Shown: piece after piece, positions 21,104 to 32,544 of the stretch
How positions within the stretch are numbered: position 1 is the first letter of the stretch
Layout: the number at the start of each line of letters is the position of its first letter
Source: an uncultured delta proteobacterium
Lineage (GTDB): Bacteria; Desulfobacterota; Desulfobaccia; Desulfobaccales; 0-14-0-80-60-11
Length of the DNA: 64,000 nucleotides
Direction of reading: 5' to 3'
Assembly: GCA_963808395.1 (NCBI GenBank)
Contig: CAWEFJ010000031.1
Location: 190,384 to 254,383 of the forward strand
Translations under genes and position numbers: made by a program
Notes under the pieces: generated by a model
The model's database searches: none
What the model was told of the DNA's origin: nothing
The model's input: only the letters and a program-made list of their open reading frames with translations

Positions 21104-21682
21104 TCAATCCTTTTCCAGGACATAGATCTCCGGCAAGGTGCGCTGCTGCTCGCCGCAGTCCAGGCCGTAGCCCACCAGGAACCCCTGGGCCACCGGGAAT
21201 CCCACGTAGTCCAGGGGGACCTCCACCTCCCGGCGTTCCCATTTGTCGATGAGGCAGCAGATCTTCAACGACCGGGGCCGGTGGCTGGCCAGGTGCCCCC
21301 TGAGGAAGTCTAAAGTGAGGCCGGTGTCCACGATGTCTTCCACGATGAGGACATGGCGGTCCCGCAAGGGCACCTCCACGTCCTTGGTAATGTGCACTTC
21401 GCCGGAGGTCTCGGTGCCGCCCCCGTAACTGCGGAGGCGGACAAAATCCACCTCCACCGGAAACTCCAGGGCCCGCACCAGGTCGGCCATGAAAATGAAC
21501 ACGCCCTTGAGGACGCCCACCAGCACCGGGTTCAGGCCGGCATAGTCATGGCTGAGGCGGGCCCCCAGCTCCCGGATGCGCCCCTCCAGGTCCTGCCGGG
21601 AAAAGAGGCAACGCCTGGCGCCACCGCTCCATAACCTTCCTCCTCCACCGCTAACCTTAGAAAAAGAGGGACGGGTTGTCAA
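21104..21682 (-). CDS. hpt: Hypoxanthine phosphoribosyltransferase (true start probably downstream of the ORF's first ATG)
   Basis: PRPP-binding motif HVLIVEDIVDTGLTL and LGARLSHDYAGLNPVLVGVLKGVFIFMADL. The N-terminal ~25 aa of the ORF look non-native. Confidence 0.85.
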   Translation of the reverse strand: MTTRPSFSKVSGGGGRLWSGGARRCLFSRQDLEGRIRELGARLSHDYAGLNPVLVGVLKGVFIFMADLVRALEFPVEVDFVRLRSYGGGTETSGEVHITKDVEVPLRDRHVLIVEDIVDTGLTLDFLRGHLASHRPRSLKICCLIDKWERREVEVPLDYVGFPVAQGFLVGYGLDCGEQQRTLPEIYVLEKD

Positions 21683-21753
21683 ACCCTAATCAGCAAGGGC
21701 GCGGTTAAGCCCCCCGCCGCTCTTTCCCTGATGCGTCGAGATCCGTAAACGGC

Positions 21754-22366
21754 TCAGGCCTCGGAGATCCCCGCCCCGGTGATGGTCACATACCGGTAGG
21801 GGGGGCCCAGGTATTCGTCCCGGGCCGCCAGTTTCTCCATGCCGGCCCGAGCCGCCGCCACCAGGCTGGAAAGGGGGGCCTTCTCTTTAATGAGCCGGTC
21901 GAGGGTGAATTCCAGTCCCAGCCGCCGGGGCAGGGTGAAGACCTCGGTCACCCGGTTATATTCGATTTTGGGAGGCTGGGGCCGGTCCCAAATGACGCAA
22001 CAGCTGGCCGCCCGCGGCGGAGTAACCCGCCAGCACCAGATACAGATTGACGATGGGGTCCGGCGGCGCCTTTTCACACATGCGGCGCAGGATCTCATCA
22101 TAGCGGCCGCTGAAGAAAGGGATGGCCGCCTCGATGAGGGCGTTCAGGTCCGCCAGCCCTTCCTCTCGGGCAAAGGCGGCAAAGTCCTTGCAGAGATCGT
22201 GGGCCTCGATGGCCCCGGCCGAAGCCAGGAGCGCCTGGGGAGTAACGGGCACTATCCGGTCCAGGGTGACGAAGCGTTCCTCACCATAAGGCTCAAACAA
22301 CACGGCGCGGCTGTCCGCGGCAACCAGGACCCCATCCGGGGCGGCGCAAGCAATCAACTGTCCCAT
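21754..22366 (-). CDS. Proteasome-beta/Ntn-hydrolase-like hypothetical protein (one frame change as assembled)
   Basis: MGQLIACAAPDGVLVAADSRAV resembles the N-terminal strand of 20S beta/Anbu-type subunits but has no Thr/Ser nucleophile. Continues in ORF 21754-22101 (..VTITGAGISEA). Confidence 0.35.
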
Positions 22367-22994
22367 CTTATCCTCCTGAGGTAGGTAAGAAATGCGGTTC
22401 CCATGAAATAAATCTGATACTTAAGAAAATAATCCGGTTTCAGCCTCTGGCAAGGGAGGAATGGGAAATGGGCGGAAAATTAGCCGTGGCGGCAGAAACA
22501 ATTGCCCATCCCGCTGGACCGGCAACAGACACCCCCCTTACCCTCCCTCTCCACTCGCCCGGGAGTCGACTGCCGAAGCTCTCCGGCGGTTGGCGGCGTT
22601 TGCAAACGGCCAGGGAATATGCTACGTTTCCCATATCTTTTTAGACTCTTAGGAAGTTAGCAAGGACGCCCATGACTGCTTCCGATAACGAATCTTCGCC
22701 GGAGGAAATCGATGCGGAGATGGCCGAGCGCCTGCGGCCCCTGGTGAACGAAATCCTGGAGATCTTCAACCAGCGGCAAGTCTCACCCGCGGACGCCGGG
22801 ATGGTGGTGCTCTCCCTGACTTACCGGCTGCTGGAGGTCCTGAAAGAGGCCCCGGAGGCCAGGCGCCATTTCATTACCACCCTGATCACCCTGATTAACA
22901 ATTTCTTAACCGGCGAACTCGAATCCGCCAGCGGGACCAGCGGGCGAATTCACGGTGAAGGAAGACTTTTAGACGCTAGTTTCCGACTTTCGGG

Positions 22995-25321
<2,327 letters not shown>

Positions 25322-25720
25322 GGGGGAGGGGAAGCAATTATTTGGGGGATGGGGCCAGGGGCAACGCCCCTGCCCCCTCCCCCAAACCCCCTCCCCCAAC
25401 CCGCGTAAGTAGGGGCGACCCGCTGGGTCGCCCCAAAAAAGTAGCACAGGTGGCGCGCGGCATCTCGCTCTCGTTCCCAAGTTAAACTTGGGAACGAGAG
25501 TTTCCCCAGCGCAAATGTAGGGTGGGCACTGCCCACCATTTCCTTAAAGTGCTACAGGCTTCAAGTCGGTGATCGGTCGCCCTAAAGAGAATTCCAGTGG
25601 CACAGGCGTCTCGCCTGTGTTCCTTACAATTATCGGTAGGGGCGGACCCAGGTGTCCGCCCTGTTCGATGAGGCACAGGCGGGTGCGCCCCTGCAGATTA
25701 TAGGGCGGCCTGTGGCCGCC
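25322..25720. repeat. REP/BIME-like hairpin cluster
   Basis: - GTAGGGGCGACCCGCTGGGTCGCCCC (25409-25434)
- GTTCCCAAGTTAAACTTGGGAAC
- GTAGGGTGGGCACTGCCCACC (25517-25537)
- GGCACAGGCGTCTCGCCTGTG
- GTAGGGGCGGACCCAGGTGTCCGCCC. Confidence 0.8.
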
Positions 25721-25839
25721 GAACTATAGAGGCCAGGCGTGCTCCATGTTCATAGCCTGAAAAGCGCTACGCCAAGGGAGAGATCAGCAAAGACCATCTA
25801 GGAGGGTTTTTGGTTGGCGCGGGATATTCCGGGATAGAC

Positions 25840-25916
25840 TGGTCGGGACGAGAGGATTTGAACCTCCGACCCCAGCGTCCCGAACGCTGTGCTCTACCAG
25901 GCTGAGCCACGTCCCG
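25840..25916 (-). tRNA. tRNA-Pro (anticodon CGG)
   Basis: The reverse complement folds as a cloverleaf. Acceptor CGGGACG/CGTCCCG, anticodon arm CAGCG-TTCGGGA-CGCTG, T-loop TTCAAAT, encoded CCA. Confidence 0.9.
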
Positions 25917-26039
25917 ACCTGCTGTCAATTTATCCAAAAGGCGGGGCCGGGGCAAGAGAAAATCGGGGAGATTTTAGTGGCGCCGGCTTCCAGCCGGTGG
26001 CCAGGTGGAAAACCAGGGCCGCACTAGACAATCGGACTT

Positions 26040-26180
26040 GCCTTAAGGAATGCGGTGGGCAGTGCCCACCCTACATTACTGGGCCTGGGAACCCCATGAT
26101 TTGCAAAAGTTTGCTTTGCACTCCAAGGCGCAGCTTAGGCCAAAGGCGTTCCCAAGTACAACTTGGGAACGAGAACCTGT
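26040..26180. repeat. REP hairpins upstream of the oppA-like gene
   Basis: GGTGGGCAGTGCCCACCCTAC (26054-26084) and GTTCCCAAGTACAACTTGGGAAC. Confidence 0.7.
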
Positions 26181-26204
26181 TAATAGATTAACGGAAAAAA
26201 TAAA

Positions 26205-27867
26205 ATGGCATTGCCATATAACCATCCCCGGGCGCCGGCTGCGGCTATTTTGCTGCCTGGCCCTGGTGGCCCTCAGCCTGATGGCCGCGGGCTGCAAGGC
26301 CGCCAAAGAGGAGAAGCAGTACGGCGGCCCCGACACCGGCCCCGCTTACGGCGATTGGTTCATCGACGGCTCCATCGGCGACGCCAGCACCCTCTTGCCT
26401 CCCCTGGCCATGGACAGCGCCTCCGGCGACATCAATGGCCTGATTTACGACGGCCTGGTGAAGTACGACGGCAACCTCAACCTGGTGGGCGCCCTGGCGG
26501 AGTCCTGGGAAATCTCCCCGGACGGCCTCACCATCACCTTCAATCTGCGCCACGGCGTCAAGTGGCACGACGGCGCCCCCTTCACCGCCCAAGACGTCCT
26601 CTTCACCTACCAGGTGATGGTGGATCCCAAGACCCCCACCGCCTACGCCGGCAACTACCTCCAGGTGAAAAAGGCCGAGGCCCCGGACGACTACACCTTC
26701 CGGGTCACCTACGCCCAGCCCTTCGCCCCGGCCCTGGAGAGCTGGGGGCTGGGCATCCTCCCCCGGCACCTGCTGGAGGGCCAGGATCTCACCAAATCCC
26801 CTTTGGCCCGCCACCCCATCGGCACCGGGCCTTATAAATTCCAGGAATGGCAGGGTGGGGAGAGGATCGCCCTCACCTACAATCCGGACTACTTCGAGGG
26901 CCGGCCCTATCTCAACGGCTATCTCTTTTCGGTGAAGCCGGACACGGCCACCATGTTCCTGGAGCTGAAGGCGGGCAATCTCGACCGCATGGGCCTCAAC
27001 CCGATGCAGTACACCCGCCAGACCGAGTATCCCAAGTTCGCCCGGATGTACAATAAATACCGCTACACCCAATTTTCCTACATCTATCTGGGCTACAATC
27101 TGGAGGACCCGCGGTTTGCCGATCGCCGGGTGCGCCAGGCCCTGACCTACGCCATCAACAAAAAGGAGATTATCGACGGGGTGCTCATGGGCCTGGGGCA
27201 GGAGGCTTACGGACCGTACAAGCCCGGCGCCTGGTATAACGACCCCGACGTCCGCAAATTCTCCTACGATCCCCAGAAGGCCAGGGCCCTGCTGGCCGAG
27301 GCGGGCTGGCAGCTCAACCCCGAGGGCATCCTGGTCAAGGACGGCCGGCCCTTTGAGTTCACCATCCTCACCAACCAGGGAAACGACGTCCGGGAGCGCA
27401 CCGCGGTGATCATTCAGCAGCGCCTGCGGGAGGTGGGCATCCGGGTGAAGGTCCGCACCGTGGAATGGGCCGCCTTCGTCAAGGAATTCATCCAGAAGGG
27501 CAACTTCGAGGCGATTCTCCTGGGCTGGAACACCGGCATCGACCCGGACCAGTATGACATCTGGGACTCCTCCAAGACCAAGCCCGGGGAACTCAATGTC
27601 ACGCATTACCGGAACCCGGAGGTGGACCGGCTGCTGGAGGAGGGGCGGCACACCTTCGACCGGGAAAAGCGCCGCCAGGCCTATTTCAAGCTCCAGGAGA
27701 TCCTGGCGGAGGACCAGCCCTACACCTTCCTCTTCTGGCCCGACGCCCTGCCGGTCATCTCCAAGCGCTTCCGGGGCATCAAGCCCGCGCCCGCCGGCAT
27801 CGACTACAACTTCATCAAATGGTACGTCCCCCGGGCCGAACAGAAATACACCCTGTCGCCATATTGA
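26205..27867 (+). CDS. ABC transporter substrate-binding lipoprotein, family 5 (OppA/DppA-like)
   Basis: - Long ORF 26050-27867, whose first part is REP-derived.
- The likely true start is ATG 26205 (MALPYNHP), with a 1-nt frame change in CCCCGGG near 26228.
- This leads into GRRLRLFCCLALVALSLMAAGC (lipobox).
- SBP_bac_5-like body. Confidence 0.8.
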
Positions 27868-28187
27868 CAGGAGAATTCAATTTCTTGGAGTTTTTTAGAG
27901 GAATGTTATAGATATTCAATCCATCTTAGCGAAAAACTGAATTTTTTCGATACTATCAAGATATATGGAAATTTGAAGTATTCTATCACTATACCCTGCT
28001 CCTGACTTCATGATTTACGCCTGAATCCAGTTGACATTCTTGCTTGATTGTGAAATTTAAAAAAAAGATCTGGCGAGATGAACTCCCGGCAGTACTCTAT
28101 GGATTGTTGCGCCGGGTATGCGGGATGTTATGTCGCGCAGGGGCTGTCGATGCAAATTTTAACCCCGTGACAAAGGCACTGTGAAAA

Positions 28188-29792
28188 ATGCCACTACAGC
28201 TCTTCGACCTATTGGACAAGGGTTATTTCCCAAAAGAACTTCCGCCTCCATTCACCACTTCCGGCTTTGCACAAGCACTTGCTGGTCCACACGCGCCACC
28301 GATTACCGGTCGGTTTTTAAGTGCTCCGGCTTCTTCAATGATGTGTGTTCATAACCTCGTCAGAACAGGTGGACTCCGCCGAAACTTGGGAATTCCCAAT
28401 CCAAAGCACTTCTATCGCCTTGCGGAGCATGTCGTCGCAAATTGGGGCAACCTCACGGCATGCACCAACTCGTCACCTTTTTCATTGACTAAACCGGTCG
28501 ATGGACGCCCAGATCGCGCAATTTCACCAGAGCATGATTTTGCAGAACGTACAGTAATCCGTGCAAAACTTCGATCGACATGCAGATTTGTGTTAAAGGC
28601 CGATGTTTCACGCTTCTTTCCGTCGATTTACACTCATTCGATCCCCTGGGCCATTATGGGTAAGTCCGCTGCAAAGGCAGCCCACGCTGCCCATACGCTT
28701 AGCCGCATGTGGGAAGACAAAACTGATGTGCTTTCTCGCTCCTTAAACAACAACCAGACTGTCGGAATCCCAATTGGTCCAGACACATCACGCCTTCTTG
28801 CAGAAGTCTTGCTTTCGCCTATCGACGTTGAACTCGCAAACAAGTTTAAGAAACTTCGGGGCTTGCGGTACATTGACGATTACGAATTTGCTTTTGCCAC
28901 GCGCTCCGAGGCGGAGGAAGTTCTGAGTTTTTTACAGCACCTACTAAATGAATTTGAACTCGCACTTAACGCCCACAAGACTACGATTATCGAGTTGCCA
29001 GACGAATTCGATCCTCCTTGGACATCCAAAATACGGGTTTTCGTATTTCGTGATGCAGGCGTTACCGGCCAAAAGAATGATCTCACGGCTTATTTTGATA
29101 TGGTATTTGATAGCTTTAAGCGATTTCCCGAAGAGGGCTTGTTGAAATACGCTATCGCACGCTTGCGGAGCGAAGAGATCCATCGCCAAAACTGGCCGCT
29201 TCTCGAAAATATCCTAATTCACTGTGTCTTAATCGAACCTGCTTGTATTCCCCAGGCATGCGAGCAAATCACGCATTACCGAACGAGGCGTTTTCGAATG
29301 GCAAAGAAGCTGTGGTCGGACTGCCTTAATCGGATCGTGTATGAAAGGGTTCCACTTGGACAATCAAGTGAGGCGGCATGGTCAATGTGGCTCATGAAAC
29401 TGCTCAACATCAAACTGTCGGCAAGAGGTGCCAAAGTCGTCGGCAACTGTGAGGATTCCGTTGTTGGTCTTATGGGACTTGGTCTAGGAGCTTTGGGTTT
29501 GGCAGAAATGGCGCACTTAGCTGGCCTTAGTCGTTTTAGCCCCGCTTCAGGACTCTTTGAGAATCAATGGCTACTTTGCTACCAAGGGAACCTCATGAGC
29601 TGGCTTGGTACAGGTAGTGGTCGTGCTAACTTAGCTATTGATCAGGCCTTTTCTTATCTCGAATCTAAAAATGTATCATTTTTTGACATCGGTGTGCCTC
29701 CGCCGGTCCCCTTAAGGTACCCTCCCCCATATACCGTGGCGGCAGAGGAGGAGGCTACTAACGTTTGTCACCAACTTGCTTTCAGCCCGTAG
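28188..29792 (+). CDS. Stand-alone reverse transcriptase of the Abi/UG (defence-associated) type with helical C-terminal domain
   Basis: 534-aa intact ORF in a low-GC islet.
- RT motifs 1-2: LVRTGGLRRNLGIPNP
- Motif A: LKADVSRFFPSIYTHSIPWA
- Motif B: QTVGIPIGPDTSRLLAEVLL
- Motif C: LRYIDDYEFAF
- Motif D: LALNAHKTTI

The ~240-aa C-terminus shows no catalytic motif I recognise. There are no intron maturase, retron or DGR hallmarks. Confidence 0.65.
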   Translation: MPLQLFDLLDKGYFPKELPPPFTTSGFAQALAGPHAPPITGRFLSAPASSMMCVHNLVRTGGLRRNLGIPNPKHFYRLAEHVVANWGNLTACTNSSPFSLTKPVDGRPDRAISPEHDFAERTVIRAKLRSTCRFVLKADVSRFFPSIYTHSIPWAIMGKSAAKAAHAAHTLSRMWEDKTDVLSRSLNNNQTVGIPIGPDTSRLLAEVLLSPIDVELANKFKKLRGLRYIDDYEFAFATRSEAEEVLSFLQHLLNEFELALNAHKTTIIELPDEFDPPWTSKIRVFVFRDAGVTGQKNDLTAYFDMVFDSFKRFPEEGLLKYAIARLRSEEIHRQNWPLLENILIHCVLIEPACIPQACEQITHYRTRRFRMAKKLWSDCLNRIVYERVPLGQSSEAAWSMWLMKLLNIKLSARGAKVVGNCEDSVVGLMGLGLGALGLAEMAHLAGLSRFSPASGLFENQWLLCYQGNLMSWLGTGSGRANLAIDQAFSYLESKNVSFFDIGVPPPVPLRYPPPYTVAAEEEATNVCHQLAFSP

Positions 29793-30441
29793 GGCGGGAA
29801 AGCGAAGCGAATCCCGCCTTGAGCCTTATTCCATCTCTAGACTTCGAACGTTATCATCTGCCGCCCATTCCAGGTTATAAATGCCGCGTTCCACAAATCG
29901 ATGAAAGCTTGAATGCGGCCAATCCGCGACCCTCGCAACCTGACCGTGCTTTACCGGATTGTAGTGGAGGTAATCTACATGACGCTCATAATCGCCCTCA
30001 TCACGGATGACGTGTTCCCAAAAGCGTCGCTGCCAAATGCCCCGTTCTCCCTTCTGCAAACGCCGGGGTGAAAGTCTTTCCCCTCTGGAAATTTGTGCGG
30101 CAAATCGTGCTTTGATGTCATGCCATCGTGCGGAGAAATCCGCATCCCCGGAAGGCAAAGTCCAGATGCAATGCAGGTGATCGGGCAAAATAACGATGGC
30201 CTCGAGGGTGAATGGCCGGCGTCGGTGGGCCGCCTCGAATACCTCCCGAAGTTTGTCAATGTTTTCGGTCAAGAGTTTCCGGCGGCGTTCCAGCAGCGTG
30301 ACCGTGAAGAAGAACGTGCCGCCCGGAACAAAGGCGCGAATATATTGCGGCATACGTTAGACCTTACCCAATTACCCAAGGCGGGATGCGCTTCGCTTTC
30401 CCGCCCTACGGGTTACGGAGCTTCGCTTTCCCGCCCTACGG
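29789..30441 (-). mobile_element. RAYT-REP unit (REP-associated tyrosine transposase gene flanked by inverted REPs)
   Basis: - Left REP: GTAGGGCGGGAAAGCGAAGCGAATCCCGCC (29789-29818).
- Right REP, inverted: GGCGGGATGCGCTTCGCTTTCCCGCCCTAC (30380-30409).
- A half copy at 30417-30441. Confidence 0.8.
29826..30353 (-). CDS. REP-associated tyrosine transposase (IS200/IS605 Y1 family, RAYT)
   Basis: 175 aa with HUH motif ILPDHLHCIW and catalytic Tyr region YLHYNPVKHG. Confidence 0.85.
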   Translation of the reverse strand: MPQYIRAFVPGGTFFFTVTLLERRRKLLTENIDKLREVFEAAHRRRPFTLEAIVILPDHLHCIWTLPSGDADFSARWHDIKARFAAQISRGERLSPRRLQKGERGIWQRRFWEHVIRDEGDYERHVDYLHYNPVKHGQVARVADWPHSSFHRFVERGIYNLEWAADDNVRSLEME

Positions 30442-30457
30442 GCTTCTATCATTTTAT

Positions 30458-30790
30458 TCACGTCCGCAGTGACAACTCCTCCACCATCCGGTCGGCGCAG
30501 GCCAGGATGAAGTCCCGCTGCTGCCGGGTGGCGTAGCCGATGCAGGTGCAGCGCATGGTCTCGCGGCTGCGGATGAGGAATTCGAAGCGCACGAAGTCAT
30601 CCCCCAGCTCCACCGCAAAGCGGAAGGGCCGGCATTGCCGGTGCTCGAACTGCTCCGGACTCAGCAGGTCCTCCGGCAGGTCCACCCACCAGAGGTCTTC
30701 CAGGCTCGAGGCCAGGGCGTGCTCCGACAGATATTCCCGCACCCGGGGAAGGTCGGCCCGGGCGATTTCATCCAGCAAGTATTGTTTCAT
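30458..30790 (-). CDS. Hypothetical protein
   Basis: 110-aa ORF with host-like G+C and coding-like composition. No motif recognised. Confidence 0.4.
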   Translation of the reverse strand: MKQYLLDEIARADLPRVREYLSEHALASSLEDLWWVDLPEDLLSPEQFEHRQCRPFRFAVELGDDFVRFEFLIRSRETMRCTCIGYATRQQRDFILACADRMVEELSLRT

Positions 30791-30952
30791 AGCAGTAATT
30801 CAGGAGCCTGCGGCTCATCCTAAGCCATGGAAAGTTATGAATAGTTATGGTGCGCGGTGCGCACCATACAGGAAGACTTTTCGAACCGCCGCTCATGAGC
30901 CTTCTCAGTCCGCACAGGCGAGACGCCTGTGCCACCAATTCTTCCCAACTTT

Positions 30953-31306
30953 TCAAGGCACCCGCTCAGGTGCCTGCGGCTCACTCCGGGGCTGGGCCTG
31001 GAGAGCCGCGTCCACCGCGGCATAACCCCACAAGGCCAGCAGGAGGCCGCAGGGCAGCCAGAACAGGGGATGGCGAACGGTGTCCACCAGCAGCAGGCGG
31101 CCCATCTCCCAGGTGAGGGGCCGGGGGTAGAAGACCGTGGTATATTCCTGGGAGGCCAGGATGGCGCCCAGGAGCACCACCAGGGCCAAAAGAAAGTTGG
31201 CCGCCAGCACCAGGAGCACCCCCTTGCGGCGCTGCTGTTTATAGAGTTGCCCTAATCCCGGAAAGACCAGGGCCGAAAGCAGGAAGGCGGTCGTCTGCGG
31301 GCGCAT
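30953..31306 (-). CDS. Small integral membrane protein
   Basis: 117 aa with three hydrophobic helices and a FPGLGQLYKQQRRKG motif. Confidence 0.45.
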   Translation of the reverse strand: MRPQTTAFLLSALVFPGLGQLYKQQRRKGVLLVLAANFLLALVVLLGAILASQEYTTVFYPRPLTWEMGRLLLVDTVRHPLFWLPCGLLLALWGYAAVDAALQAQPRSEPQAPERVP

Positions 31307-31339
31307 GGCTCATCATATCCGAAATTTCCCGGGGCGGTC

Positions 31340-32520
31340 AAGGCCGCAGGGAGGGAGATTACTGCGGCCCCGCGGCACCGCGGCTAAAGGCCACAGGAGC
31401 CTGGCAAGCAAATGGCGTCCCCCGGCAGGAGCTGGGGAACGAGAGGAAACAGAGCCAAACACCAGTTCCTGATAAGGAATCGGTGGGCAGTGCCCACCCT
31501 AGCTTAACTCTATCACCTGGTATTTTCAGCGATATCAACATATTATGCCAAGGCTCACTGAATCCCTCTCCCCCTCCCCTCTTCGGTAGGGGCGGGGTTT
31601 CGGTGGGGCAGGCGTCCCTGCCTGCCCTGGTTGGCGGGCACGGAGGCCCCACTTGCCGGTGAGGAAAGAGGATAGGGAGAGGGTGGCTGCGCATGGTGTT
31701 TCGCAGGGGCGGACCCAGGTGTCCGCCCTTTAGGGGCGGGTTTAAAACCAGCGCCTGCCGCCCACCATTTCGTAGGGGGCGCACCCATGGGTGCGCCCCG
31801 ACAGGACAGTCCATCCCCCCCTCACCCTGCCCTCTCCCCCAAGGGGGAAGAGGGAAATAGCTTGTAAATTCCATCTGATGTGTAGGGGCGACCCGCTGGG
31901 TCGCCCGTAGCCGAAAAGAGAGGGAAAAGACCCGTAAATGTCATGAAATGATTAGTTAGTGGGCATCTCCTACGCAGGCTAAAGCCTGCGGCTACCAGAG
32001 CATGCCTAAGTTCAAACAATTGCCTAGTTTTGGTGGGCAGTGCCCACCCTACATGCCTCATAGCAAAAACCTTGCCGGACACCGAAAACTACTGCAAAAC
32101 CCCGTTGCCCAAAAATGTCATTCTGAGCGAAGCGAAGAATCTAGGTATTTTTATGGACTTGAGATCCTTCACTTCGTTCAGGATGACAGTGAAATCAGGT
32201 TTTGCAAATAGCTTCTACTGCCTTTGACTTTGAGTTTGCCTCCCACCGGAAACCGAAAACCGCCTGATAAAGAATTGGTGGGCAGTGCCCACCCTACATA
32301 AAGCGTCTCTGCTAACGGGCCTTTGACTTTGACTTTGCCTTTCACCGAAAACCGAAAACTGAAAACCGAGAACCGTTTCTAATCACCCCCACCCCAGCCC
32401 TCCCCCCTCTCAGGGGGAGGGAGAAAAGCCCCCGGTGCGGGGCGCGGGCGAGACGACGGCGCTAGCTGTCCGGGAGCGCACCTTCTTGATTTTCTGCGGC
32501 GATGGGGTAAGCTATTATTT
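31340..32520. repeat. ~1.2-kb gene-free mosaic of REP hairpins, a MITE and short tandem motifs
   Basis: Contains:
- GGTGGGCAGTGCCCACCCTA (31482-)
- GGGGCGGACCCAGGTGTCCGCCC
- GGGGCGGGTTTAAAACC
- GGGGGCGCACCCATGGGTGCGCCCC
- GTAGGGGCGACCCGCTGGGTCGCCC (31882-31906)
- GCAGGCTAAAGCCTGC
- Two more GGTGGGCAGTGCCCACCCTAC copies (32032-32052, 32277-32297)
- A MITE at 32085-32220
- ACCGAAAAC/TTTGACTTTG repeats. Confidence 0.8.
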
Positions 32521-32544
32521 TGTCCTCGGCTGGGAGGCCGTTCT

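Noticed and set aside
22540-22600. Sigma-54 promoters, sought because rpoN is present. Candidates were TTGGCGGCGTTTGCA near 22585, TGGCACGAGATGGATGC near 46307, and GGCACTGTGAAAAATGC near 28165.
   Set aside because: The GG-to-GC spacing does not fit the TGGCAC-N5-TTGC geometry in any of them.
31359-32227. ORFs in the repeat mosaics with recurring peptides (MVGSAHPT.., GDPAGRPY..) at 31359-31874, 31822-32082, 32030-32227, 24814-25539, 42129-42389 and 17697-18080.
   Set aside because: The shared peptides are simply translations of REP hairpins (GGTGGGCAGTGCCCACC, GGGCGACCCGCTGGGTCGCCC). They appear in both orientations and in different contexts, so they are not genes.
31340-32520. Possible CRISPR array, suggested by many short palindromic repeats.
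   Set aside because: - The repeats belong to several different families.
- They occur in both orientations with irregular spacing.
- There is no single constant repeat alternating with unique spacers.
- No cas genes lie nearby.
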